From NCBI RefSeq assembly GCF_006345805.1, contig NC_043008.1, forward strand, positions 45,756,001-45,820,000: a stretch of DNA of 64,000 bases, read 5' to 3'. Positions 36,748-49,189 of the stretch are shown here, piece by piece. This DNA is from Octopus sinensis (taxonomy: Eukaryota). The notes under the pieces were generated by a model. That model was not told the DNA's origin. It did no database searches and saw only the letters and a program-made list of their open reading frames with translations. Position numbers and translations under genes: made by a program. The first letter of the stretch is position 1. Each line of letters starts with the position of its first letter.

Positions 36748-39700
36748 TTATGTGGTATCATCCACACGCAACTTTCGTGCTACATCCTTCCATCTTTCTT
36801 CATACACTTTCTTAGTCAGGCATTTTTTCTCCAGCCCTATCTTCAATTTCAGGTGGAAGATGAAGTAATTCATCAATCCAGGGCAAGAGATGAACTTGCC
36901 TGACCGTAAACCTTTCACCCTAGTCTTTCAAATCACCTCTCTCGCAATTGCAACTACAACGAAAAAACAATTCTTACCTTCTTTCGCGAGGAAATCTGGT
37001 GGGTAAATTTTTATAATAGACTCAGTCGACAGCTGTACTCTTCGTGTGCTTGGCAACAGCTGTTCGGCATAAACCCACACCTCTGACACGACCGAACATT
37101 GAACAATAGCATGCGGGACGGTTTCCCTATCCCGCTTGCATCTTGGGCACGTCGGACTGTCTTGGCCACCGTGCCTTGCGAGTTTATCCCGAACAGGTAA
37201 AGCTCCTCTGTAACATTGACATGCCAGAGACTTCTGGAAGTTGTCCAGGGTCTTCGGCCTGAATGTACGTTGGAACAGACTGGCCAGCTGATTATCGTCG
37301 AGACCTAGGGCTTCCCCTAAGGTATCTTCACATTCCGTCTCTACCAGCCCTCTATAGAAGAATGCCGTGGAACCCCCACTGCAGGCGTTGCCCGAGCGAC
37401 GGAATAGCAGGAGAGCCTTGCGACACTCCGTGTACCATGTACCCAGTTTCGATCTACGATTCAGCCATGCTTCCCATCCACCGAAACTAGTGAACTTGGG
37501 AAACATCAGTTTTGCCAGCGGAGACCTCACCCGTTCACCATCCAGGTAGAGCCACAGATGTCTTAACCTCAGCGCATGTCTGCGCATCATCAGCCAAGGC
37601 ATCCCTAGACCACCCTTTAACGGTTGTTGACAGCAAGTAGAGCGTTTCACAAGCGGTTTCCCGCTCATCCACAAGAAGTAGAAGAGCTGTCTTTCCAACT
37701 TGATCAACCACGAATCAGGGCAAGGAACAACGGATAGGCGGTTGGTGATAACCGATGCGATAAACACATTGGCTACCTCCGCCCTTTCTTTTCAGGGATA
37801 GCCACCGTCAAGACCAGGTATTGACTACTGCAGCCACCCTGCTCGATACCTCGCCACAGTTCTTCTCTATTTGGAGGTCTGGTCCAAACCAAACCCCTAG
37901 CAACTTAATCGGACCCTCCGTCCAACGTCCCACGACGCTGTCAGGAGGTATCGACTTGCCTCTCCAGGTTCCGAGCTGCAAGCCGACTGACTTTTCACGA
38001 TAAACCTTTGCTCTTGTCACCGTCTCGTAAACCTCTATGGCCTTACCTACCCTCTGTAGGCGATCCATTTCGGTTACGATGATGGTGATGTCATCCGCGT
38101 AGGCTGACACCGATTTTCCACAACCTGGCTGTCTCGGGATGCCGCTCAGTTTTAGCAGTGATGGCTCAAGAGCCACTACGTACAAAAGCGGGGAGAGCGG
38201 AAACCCTTGACGAACCGAGCGCTTGATGTTGAACGGCTTCGAAAAGAAGCCGTTCACTCGAACTACCGGGTTGATGTTATCGTAAATTTGAATAATCCAC
38301 CTGAGGAAGCCAAGGCCCAGTCCGAACTGTACTAGAACGTATAACAGGTAGCGATGGTCGACCCTATCAAATGCTTTAGATTGGTCTAAATGGGCCACTG
38401 CCCCACCCTTGCCAGAGATACTATTAAACCCCTCTATAGTGTACCGCATAAGATGGAGATTATCCTCAATGGATCTGCCGGGAACGGCACTTGTCTGTGC
38501 CTCCCCGATCAGACCATCCGCGACACGCGCCAATCTGTTCGATAACACTTTGGCCAAAATCTTCAACTCTGTGTTTAGCAGAGGGATGGGCCTGAAATTA
38601 TCAATGCACTCCCCCTTGTTCGAGTCCTTTCTACTCCCCGGCGCACAGATCTGGGAATGAACCCGTTCTGCTGCCAGTTCGCATAGACCTCCGTCAGTAG
38701 GTGCCCGAACAAGTCTGGCATACTCTTATATAATTCATAGGGTAGACCATCCAACCCCGGCGACTTGCCCGCGCCGCAGTCCGCCATCGCCTCAGCCACT
38801 TCCTCAGGCGTGATTGGCCTTTCACAGCCCTCCGCATCTCGCCCCGATAGGCGCGGCAGTCCGTCGAGGAGGTCCGTAAAGTCCCTCCTTCTATCCGGTC
38901 CGCCGCCCCCACCGAAAAGCTGAGCGAAGTGCTCCTGAAAGGCCTCACACATCTCCTCGAGTTCGTTTATCAACTTACCTTGTTGGACCGTCAAAGATCG
39001 AATTGTGGCATCATTACCACGCTGAGCTTCCACCACTCGGGCCCATCTCGCGGCGTTGATTCCCTTAACAACCCACTGCGCGGATCCTATCCCTAACAAT
39101 GCAGCCCATGTGTTTGGCCTAGAGGTGCTGGTTTAACGCCAGTCTCTTGGCCGTCACCTGATCCGCAGAGCCAGTTTTCAAGGCTTCCTCTAATTCCTTA
39201 ACTAGAGTTGATTCCCTCCTAGCCTCTCTAGCCACTAATCCTATGCTATATCTAATAGACTCGAATTTGATGGCTCGCTTGAGGGCATACCACCATTTGT
39301 TATTAATGATTGCACCAGATAGCGCCCTCCGAATTATAGTCCTAATCCGGTCTCTGTACTCCTTAATCGCCAAAAGGGACGTATTAAGTTTACAATAACC
39401 GGAGCTTCTATTATTAACCTTATCTACGTCAAGCTTACGGGTGACTATTTTATGATCACTGTAGCTGACCGGGTAAAACTGTGGACACTTAGCTATTTCT
39501 CTGTCTACTTTTCTAATTAGTATTTTATCTGTGTATGACCTGGAAGATCCGTCGCTGCTTGACCATGTCCACAATGGAGCGTTCGGAAATTCCAACCTAT
39601 AAGGATCTGCTAGCTCAAAGTGACTTAGCAATTCCAGGAAGCCAATGTTACCTTTTCTATCTGGACGCAAGCCAACGCAATCCACACCCGCCTTGCAAAT

Positions 39701-40134
39701 TGTGTTAAAGTCGTTTAGCACAACTAATGAATGTGAAGTACCAAGAAACTTCTCCAGCTCTCGAAAATAATCACTTTGCCCCTTTTGTTTGGGTGCGTAA
39801 ATTGCAACCAGTCTGATAACTTTACTGTTACTGAACATCAAATCCATGACGACCGGCCTACCTTCTGGATCTGAAAAAATTAACTTTTTCTCAAAAACCC
39901 GGTTTCTTTTTAACAGGACCAACACCCCACCCCCGCAGTTAGGACTGGCCAGAGAGAAAACAAACTCTCGTAGCCGTCAAACAGCGGGAGTAGACCTCTT
40001 GGTCCCTCTAACCGGGTTTCTGTAGCAACAATGACATACAAATTACGCCACCTGATATCATTAAGGAAACGACTCTGCTTCCAGTTTGATCCCAGACCGC
40101 GCCCATTTAAACAACCAACATAAATGCAATTCAT
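36748..40134 (-). pseudogene. Tx1/L1 ORF2 (APE endonuclease, RT, CCHC)
   Basis: It reads GCLNGRGL...VATETRL, LNDFN, SDHK, KSPGLDGLP, LDQSKAFDRV, SVRQGFPLSPLLY, AYADDIT and CPRCKRDRETVPHAIVQC across at least 5 ORF pieces. The final stop is at 36748. Confidence 0.92.
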
Positions 40135-40142
40135 GACTTACC

Positions 40143-41466
40143 TTATATCAGTGGTTCGACTTGTTCTTCTTTTTCTTCACCTTTATCTTTTTCCCGGACT
40201 CGTGGGGGAGTCTGATGCAGGCCCTCGTATATATATGGTGATATGTCCATTCTCAGAGGACCCACGTCATGGAAGAATTCGGATTTTATCCGTCCGTAAT
40301 CCTTCTGGCCTATTCGGTAAACGATAATGTCTTTTGTTTTTCTAACTTTCCTCACCATTGACATCGCTGCCAAACCGTTAATTAATCTGTTGTTGGATGC
40401 CTTAATGGCCATGAATGTGCTCGTGTTCTCTTTTAATTTTTTTGGCTGGTTCAGTTTCTGAGGGGTGGTTTCTGTTTTTCGTTTCTTCTTGGTGATTTGT
40501 TTCCACCCCTCCTCTTTTTCTTTTTCCTCACAGCTTGTTGTTTCTGTTGTTTCTAATTTTTCTGTTTTTTCTGGTGTTTTCTTTAAGTTGTCTGGTTATG
40601 CTTCTGGTTTTTCCTTTTCCTTTTCTGGCGGTGCTGCTTCCTGTGGTTTAGGTTGGCACTCTGCTCTCACGTGCCCCTTTTTACCGCAGCCGAAGCACCT
40701 CGGCTTTCTGCCTTCCACAAAAACTATTACTCTCTCCTCCTCGTTGATTTTCAACGTCTCTGGAATTTCTTCCAAAGTCTGTATTTCCGCTTGTATTGCC
40801 ATTGAAATGCATTGGCCTTTCCAATGCCCCTCCTCCTGTAGCCTGGAGGATATTGATCTTGTCCTCCAGTCCTAACATGACTGCCGCCACCAGGCATGTG
40901 GCGTCTACCTCTGGGGGAATGTTGTTGATTTTGATTTTCGACGTCCTTCTGCCTCTGTACAGGGGGAGGAGGACTATATCGTCTGCTTTTAATGGTTCAG
41001 TTGATAGCTTTTTAGCTATCGCTTTTGTCCTAAACCTCACCTCTACCGTTCCGAATTTTCTTCCACGAATCAGGTAAGTAATTTCCTGCCATATTGCCTT
41101 TAGGCAACTCTCAATTTTCTTTTCTTCCACTCTTTCAATGGATTTCATTGTTGTGTTGTATGTCTTGTAGATTATTCTTCTTTTTTCGACTTCCTCTATT
41201 TTGCTGACATTCGGTGTTACTGTCACTTCTGTCCCTTCCTTTTTAAGACATGTTGTATACTTTTCCCAGTTGCTTTTTTCTGTGTTTATCTTCTTTAGTT
41301 TCTTGCCCGCCACTTCTGAAAACTTCTTGGTTGGGGCTTCTCCTGCTCTCGGCGACACCACCGGTGAGCTTTCTTTACCTGACACAGGTGAATAAGAGAT
41401 AGGGGTTTCCATCTCCGAATATGGCTTAACAAGCCTTTCAATTGGCTTTAACAAGCCTTTTTGCAA
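40143..41466 (-). pseudogene. Tx1 ORF1 (gag-like, CCHC zinc knuckle), frameshifted
   Basis: It contains RKFGTVEVRF, KIKINNIPPEV and VEGRKPRCFGCGKKGHVRAEC followed by a K/E-rich region. Confidence 0.88.
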
Positions 41467-41674
41467 AATTCTGGCTTCGCAAGCCTTTTGTGCCGTTTTG
41501 TAAATTTTTCTACGATAATTCCCCCGCCGGGGGGGGGGGGGTTAATACCTAACCTTCAAATGAAGGCAAATAACAATTTTGTACAAACAGACAGAATATA
41601 CAATTTAAAATAACAATAATATTTTTACAAACTGGTATTAAATAACGTAACAGCAATCGACGAACAGACTGGAA

Positions 41675-43375
41675 AGATTTGTTTTTTTACCATAAAGGTT
41701 AACACAGAGATGGACAACACACCCGGGGAACTTAAAATAAGAAAGCAAATGACAAGAAAAGGAAAAAATAAAAGTAATAATGAAATATGAAAGAATATTT
41801 ACAATGAGATGTAAATGTCCACTCGATCCCCGGAATCAAAAGGTTACATTTTCGTAAGTTTTTTCACATATATTTCACCAAATTGTTTCTTTTTTTTTTC
41901 TTCTTACAATCTACACATATTCTATGATTGTTTTCACTTCTCTGAAGTCCATCACTGAATCCGTAGGTAGCCGCTCTCTCACTCGAACCTTCGTGAAAAA
42001 TATTACATTTTCCCCGGCAGCTTTGAAGAACTCAGCGGCTCCTTCCTCGGGGGTTAGAGCAGTCTCCTCCCACCGGTCGGTCATCCTGTTGACCCATACA
42101 TGTCCCTCCGTTTCAGTTGTTACATCGGTCATTTCAGGGCAGAAATGGTAGGTTACTAATCTATAATAGTAGTAATCCCGATTCCGTCCTGTATTTTCCT
42201 TCATCTTCCTTTTCGGACTTATTTCCTCTTTGTTTTCCCCTTTTTCTTTCTCTCTCTCTTCTTTTCTTTCTTTTCTTTCTCTTTCCTTCTCTTGTCTTTA
42301 TGTCTTTTTCTGTTTTCTCTTTATCTCGTACTTTATGTTCCTTTCCTGGAGTTTCTTTTTCCTTTTGTGTACCGTCTTTTCTTTTCGCTTGTCTCTGTTC
42401 CTTGTCTTGTTTTTCCCTGTTGTTTCTCTTTCCTTTTTTTCTCTTGACTCTGTTTTGGTTCTATTAATTCCTTTACTTTTATTTCTTTTTCCTTCATTGA
42501 CTTATTATTTTCTTTCTCTTGTTGTTTTGTTTCCTTTTCTTTGCTTTCTTTCTCATTTAATGTATTATTCTTTTCTTCAAGTTCCTTTTCCTGCTCACAC
42601 TCCGCTACGAATTCATATAACGGGCACTCCTTTTTAATGTGCCCCTTTGTCCCACACAAGTAACAATTAGGTTTTCTCCCCTCTACGATTACGCTGAGGG
42701 TCTTTTCGTCTTCCACCTCTATTCTGTAGGGAAACCTTTCAATGTCTTCTGTTGTGGCCAACATCCACAATTCCACCCCATATCCTTTCCAGTTCACCAC
42801 GTTTGACCCCTTTCGATTCCACCTCCACTTCCTCTTCTGCTGCTCCTAGAATGGCTTTTGCCAGCCATTCTGTTTTAACTTCTGGGGGTATGTTCGGGAT
42901 TTTAACTCGAACCCCTCTTCTTCCCTTGTATGAGGGCCACATTGTGAATGTTTCGGCTCTTAGTACGGTGGTAGCCAGTGAGGCTGCAATTTCCTCCGTT
43001 GCACATCTCACCTCCACCGTACCAAATTTCTTACCTCACTCACATAAGTTATTTTTCCCATTATGTCTCCCAGACATTTCTCAATTTCGTCTATCTCTAT
43101 TCTTGCCAGTTTCCTTGTACTCCTATCTTGGGTTCTATATGTCACCGTCTTGCTTTCTTTATCCTCTTTTGTTTTCGCGGGAGGGGGGATTAGCTTCACG
43201 CTATCACCCTCCCTTTTGAAAAGCTTTTCATATTCTTTGAGTTTCTCCTCAAAGAACACCTCCCTTACAATTAGCGACGAATCGCTTTTTTGACTAGAGT
43301 GTCAATTCACCTTCTTCAAAAGGTTTCAACACGTGGAGGCAAACGCCTCGCGCGAAATCATATCAATTCATTCTT

Positions 43376-43409
<34 letters not shown>

Positions 43410-43467
43410 GAGAGAGAGAAAGAAAGAAATTCACCGTCTTATCACAACTAACAACACCCGGACAATT
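41675..43467 (-). mobile_element. ORF1-only Tx1-related element (HAL1-like architecture)
   Basis: A frameshifted ORF1 homologue spans about 43290-41911 (KFGTVEVRC, RVKIPNIPPEV, VEGRKPNCYLCGTKGHIKKEC). It has no ORF2. A short 3' UTR ends in a tail resembling that of the neighbouring LINE. Confidence 0.8.
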
Positions 43468-43987
43468 AACAGACTGGAAATGTTAGTTCTTCTTTTTTCT
43501 CTACATTGCATACTTTATAGACAATAGTCTTTTCTTTGATTTAGTTTTTTATTATCCATCTGGATTATTCCATTTCTGCACGCTAATTTTATTGTTAATT
43601 TATTCCCATTCATGTGAAACCACTTATTCACGTTCAAGTCATTGATGCAATTTTATACCAATTGCTATTTTTACTTTTGTTATGTTACGATTATATTATA
43701 CTTTAGTTTGATTTTAATTATTACTTACTACATATAATTCAATTGTTATTATTATTTTTATTGTTAAAGTGAAACCATCTGAGAAATATTTTTGTTTCAC
43801 TTTTAACACGTAATACTGAAATAGTGTAGAAGATATGATATTGCTATGGGCTCGCTCTAGGCAAGAAGTTGAACATTTCTTTTGCCCATGAAACTACATG
43901 GACCCTAAGTAAGGTATGTGTAAAATTTGAATGAAATTGGTTGCGTAGTTCTCACGTTTTAGGGAAACACACAGACAGACAGACATT

Positions 43988-44090
<103 letters not shown>

Positions 44091-44226
44091 ATATATATGT
44101 GTATATATATCCAAAATTAGGGAATGGAGCTGATAAAACCAAGGCTACATATGCTTCCTAGCTAGCAGAACTTCTGAACAACTTCCTGCACCTTGAACCT
44201 TACACACACAAACACACACACACACA

Positions 44227-44268
<42 letters not shown>

Positions 44269-45703
44269 GTGATTAAATGTTTGTGCCGCACATAGGCTCA
44301 CTCTGTTCCTCAAATCGACGTTTACCGAACAGGTGCACGGTGTCGAAGGTATCGCGACGAATCGTGGGATGAAGTGTTTTGCTCAAGAAGGCAACGCCTC
44401 ACCCGGTATAGGAATTGAAACCACGAATTACACAGTGAATGTATCAGATTGACGCTCGGAGAAAATTTATGATTGGAAAAATCAGGGGAAGAAGAGAACG
44501 TCCAGAGGAGAAATTGCAAAGATACGCGAAAGGGGGTACGCAAAAAAGCACCTGTGTCGTTACATGTCTGAAAAATGAAATACCTCTATCATACGTGAGT
44601 TTAATTAAAGTGTCTGGTAATTTAAAAGTAAAACTATATGTGAAGAAACACCCATCCCTGGAACTCTCTAAAGTGCAGGAATAACTGAACACAGACAATC
44701 TTGGTTCCTGTATAGCATTCAATAATCTACAGTCTCTGTAGGTTTCGTTTTCTTACAAGCCTCGTCTAAATACGGCAACTCATAGAAATCTTGTAGAAAT
44801 TTATCGCCAAGTTAAAAGTGTAGCTGCTATTTATATTTACTGATAAGTAATACTCGAACAGAGCAAATACTAGAAGTATTTCATTTCTATTAACATAATG
44901 ACGTGTCTGTGTTAATCCCCGCATTTTCTTCTGCTTTTGACAATATGGCTTCCGTGTTTATCTTACAACAAATTGTCAGCTCCATATTGAAATACTTCTT
45001 TCAATATCGGATTCCACATACACTTTGTGGTTTTCATACCAATACGCACATCTGATTGGCACGAATCAGACTCACACAGACTCACACTCAACCACATTAT
45101 ATACACTTCCATATATTGTATAGATATGTGTGTCTATGCATACATAGGCGCACCGACGCACGCGCGCACACACACATTATATATATGTGTGTGTGTGTGT
45201 GATAAAAGCGAAATTCTGTCTGTTCGTCTGAGGTTCCTGCATCTCAGTCTACATTTGCTCTACATAGATATATATCTTATTTGAAAATGAGACTGATTCA
45301 GGATTGAAAATCTGCCCTTCGTTTTGTTCTTCAACATCCAACGCTGATATCTGATTTAAAAGCATTTGGATTGTTATTTCTAGCAGGTACAGCGGCCTCG
45401 AGAGGTCTGCGCGCTATAGTATTCGTGAGATAAGTGCGCAAGATTTACCTCCCTTAGCTCAAAGTTTTAGTTAGGAATTTCGTGGTTCTTTTATTTTTTT
45501 CAGTCATTAGGTTACGCCCATGCTGGGGCATCGCCTTCAAGATTACTAATCGAGCAAATCGACACCAGTTCTGTTTTTTTATGTCTGGTACTTATCTACT
45601 GGTCTCTTTTTCCGAACTGCTAACTAACGTGAACGTAAACAGACCAACACAAGTTATCAAGCGGTGGTAGGGGACAAACAGATACAAAGATATATATATA
45701 TAT

Positions 45704-45764
<61 letters not shown>

Positions 45765-45860
45765 ATCAATATAGGGTGGCAAAAAATTTTGTAGAATTGT
45801 TTTGCCACCAGCGGCCTAGTGGGAAAAATTAAATAGTCATAGACCATTTTTAAGTTCAAC

Positions 45861-46103
45861 ATCACAATCAAGGAACGTCCATAATAGGCCATTCACCCAC
45901 TAGAAATAACAGCCAAAGCTTCAACCGCAAAATAATATCAATTCCGTAAACCAGGAGAAAATTAAAAAATTAAAAAACAGGGTAATTACAGGGTAAATGT
46001 TTTTTAATTTTCTCCTGGTTTACGGAATTGATATTATTTTGCGGTTGAAGCTTTGGCTGTTATTTCTAGTGGGTGAATGGCCTATTATGGCCGTTCCTTG
46101 ATT

Positions 46104-46108
<5 letters not shown>
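45861..46108. repeat. Inverted repeat with 109-bp arms (1 mismatch) and a 30-bp spacer
   Basis: 45861-45969 pairs with 46000-46108; the only difference is gtcc versus ggcc. Confidence 0.95.
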
Positions 46109-46140
<32 letters not shown>

Positions 46141-46146
<6 letters not shown>

Positions 46147-46565
46147 TACATTTGACGGATATTTGTTCTCATCTTTGTTGTCAACACGTTTTAGCTGATA
46201 TACCTTCCAGCCTTCATCAGGTGTCTTGAGAAATTTCAAAACTGGCTTCAAATTCCGAAGGTATTTTTCGATATTATTATTATTATTATTATTATTCAGG
46301 TCACTGCTTGGAATCGAACTCGAAAGCTTGTAGTTAGTAACCCGCGCTCTTAACCACTACACCATATTCCCGTGGTATGTGGTGTAATGGTTAAAATACC
46401 TTAGGAATGAGAACCCATGTTCCAAATTTCCCCAAGACACACGAAGGCTGGGGCGTATATCAACTGAAACATTGTGTTAACAACAAAAAAGATAAAGACA
46501 AATATCTGTCAAATGTAAATAATGTAAACAATGTACATAATTCCTCATCTCTTGAATATAGAACT
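46141..46565. repeat. Composite inverted repeat around a tRNA-like head
   Basis: 46141-46267 pairs with 46393-46523. An inner ttaaccactacacca/tggtgtaatggttaa pair is present, with a minus-strand A/B-box unit and a (TAA)n tail. Confidence 0.75.
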
Positions 46566-46595
46566 ATATATACACATATATCATATATAAGAATA

Positions 46596-47060
46596 ACTAC
46601 TGAGTTTCTCAACTCTTTCAATCCTCCTGGAATGCCTTCTCACAAACTGAGATCGAAGAAAGGAGTTCCAATCAGGCTTTTGAGAAATTTAGATCTCTCA
46701 AAACTGTGCAATGGAACAAGACTGATTGTCAGGGAAATGCATCCACATATTTGGAAGCAACAATCTTCATTGGACAAGGAAAGAATGAAAATGTGTTTGG
46801 TCCAAGAATTCCACTGATTCCAGCAGACATGCCCTATAAATTCAAGTGACTTCAATTTCCAGTAAGAGTTAATGTTGCAATGTCAATTAACAAGAGTCAA
46901 GGACAATCACTCAAAATTGTTGCACTTCACCTCATGCAGCGGTGCTTTTTCTATGGCCAGCTCTATCTTGGTTGCTTCAGAGTTGGAAATGGCAACAATC
47001 TCTTCATACTCACGCCAAATGGTAAAACTAAGAATATTTTTTCATCCTAATGTTTTATAG
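46596..47060 (+). mobile_element. Helitron PIF1-like helicase C-terminal remnant
   Basis: It reads TTEFLNSFNPPGMPSHKL...LLRNLDLSKLCNGTRL, QFPVRVNVAMSINKSQGQSL and GNGNNLFILTPNGKTKNIFHPNVL*. Confidence 0.9.
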
Positions 47061-47829
47061 TCATTTCCGAATGTCACAGTGATACGAAATTCTCCAAATG
47101 TGATACACTGTGATATAAATCCGATATGGTAGTGTACCAATAAACGCTTTATACTTATTTCTCTCTTTAGTTATGTGCCGCAGGCCCAGTTAGCCCTCCT
47201 CCGCAGCAGCTAGCTTTTTAAGCTGGTAGATAATAAAATCGAGAAAAATATTATTGCTGACAGAGTCGCTCTTCATGGAAAATTTAAAATTGTTAAAAGA
47301 ATCAGTAGATTTCAAATCCCCTTAAAAAAAACTGCTGCAACTGATGAGGAACTCAGGATCGTGGCACCTTCATACACGGTAAAGAAGTAGTAGAAGACAG
47401 ATACCGAGTGAGATGAATAGAAGGGAACAGAAATTGAGGAAGAGGAAATTTTAACAAAAACGAAAGCGAGGTGAAGAGAAAAATTCGGCGAGAAGAGAGT
47501 TTGAGGCTAAAAAGGAGTTTCATGATCTAAGAGTGGGTGTAGCAGCAGGAAGGAAAATGTCGGTGACATGGTGGTGCCAGTTTCAAATATGTAACGTTAT
47601 CCATTCCATTCCGTTGGATCCTTGGTAACAGGAGGTAGTGTACACAGGTGAGTAATGCAATAACCTACCGTCTTGAATTGGGTGGAGGCAGGTCGCCCCG
47701 GCATACATGTTTCCAATGTCATCTTGAAAGCGTCCAGCAAGGCATTGGCCTGTTTTCCCAATATAAAGGTTACCATAATGTTTGCAAATGATGCAAAATG
47801 TAGAATTGGACGATGTGCAACAAGACCTC

Positions 47830-48265
47830 TAGGTAATATCGCCTCGTAAGTGTTGAACTGGCAGAGAAGCTTGGATTTGGTCATTCAAGCATTCATCGAC
47901 TCCTGCGTGCCATCAGAAAAGTCAGCATATTGAGTCAATGAGTCCCTTACAAACTTCTCCAGTCCAATCTTGCGCAGAGAGCGAACGTGTGTTCTTCTTT
48001 GCTGTCAGGTCTCACGAATGAACCTATTTTTGGACCGAAGAGTGACTGGTGACGCGAAATGGTTTGTCTATAAAAATGTCAAGTGCCAAGACAGTGAGTA
48101 GGGAAAGGAGAAACACTAGTACCCCAGGCTAAAGGTTTTCACCCACGTAAGATGTTATCTGTTTGATTGAATATGAAAGGTGTAGTCCACTTTGAACTTT
48201 TAAACTCAAATCAAGCGATAGCAAAGGAGATCCAATGCAAGCAGCTTCAGCGGCTCAAATTACAG
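47830..48265 (+). mobile_element. Mariner transposase middle fragment
   Basis: It reads ELAEKLGFGHSSIHR..., Q*VPYKL, VTGDAKWFVYKN and MKGVVHFELL. Confidence 0.75.
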
Positions 48266-48266
48266 C

Positions 48267-48306
<40 letters not shown>

Positions 48307-48871
48307 GAAGTCTTAATATATAGCTTAGGCATTGCGAGGCACATAACTTGTAGTACTCAGTATACGTATGTTTCCGAACAAAGTGCTTGAGGAGGACAGA
48401 ACGGTAAGAAGAAAATGATATCACATGACAAAAGAAATAGTTATGTAATGAACTTCATTAGTTGACAGCTGTTTCAGCTAAAAGATGCTGTCGGCTCTTA
48501 TTTGAGTGCATGAATGACATCCTATAGTTTTAACGAATCTTCAAATAAGAAGTGCAATTTATTTGGGAGAAAAAAACAATTACTTTTTTTTTTAAATATG
48601 CAGGGATAGCATTACCAGTGAGAACGGTATTACTGATGTATGTAAAGAATGTCCAAAAGGCAATTTTGTCTTCAAGTGAATCTATATTTACACAAGCTCG
48701 AAAAATACTACGCAGATACAAAACCACACACACTGCACACAGATACGTACACACATACACACATTCATACACAGAATATAAATATGTATATAATTAGCAT
48801 ATATATATATATACACGCACGCACACATATATAAACATATAGAGACCTGCATACAAATAAATGCACAGATA

Positions 48872-48923
<52 letters not shown>

Positions 48924-49152
48924 AATTAGTAAATAAATGGCACAACTAAGTACCGATATTTACTGGAAATAGCGAACGTAAAAATACGACGCTAATGTGT
49001 AGCTTCACCGCGTATGTATTAGCAAAAATGCGTGTGTGCAACAAAATAGAGAAAAAAAACCGTCTTACCTCCAGGGAGAACATCTGAAAGATGAAACACC
49101 CGGAAAATGGGCTACTTTTTACTGGAAGGCAATACTTTGTATTGCATTACTG

Positions 49153-49189
<37 letters not shown>

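Larger units (their letters stand above)
36508..41662 (-). mobile_element. Near full-length Tx1/L1-clade LINE (ORF1 and ORF2, both disrupted)
   Basis: It carries an ORF1 zinc knuckle, an APE domain, an RT domain, a C-terminal CCHC finger and an A-rich 3' end, and is bracketed by TTCCAGTCTGTT. Confidence 0.93.

Noticed and set aside
42117-42637. F/L/S-rich plus-strand ORFs that look like membrane proteins
   Set aside because: They are the antisense reading of the K/E-rich ORF1 region.
46190-46225. Hammerhead core in the composite repeat
   Set aside because: GAAA is mutated in this copy and CUGA is lost in the other. I could not build stem I with a cleavage triplet in any topology.
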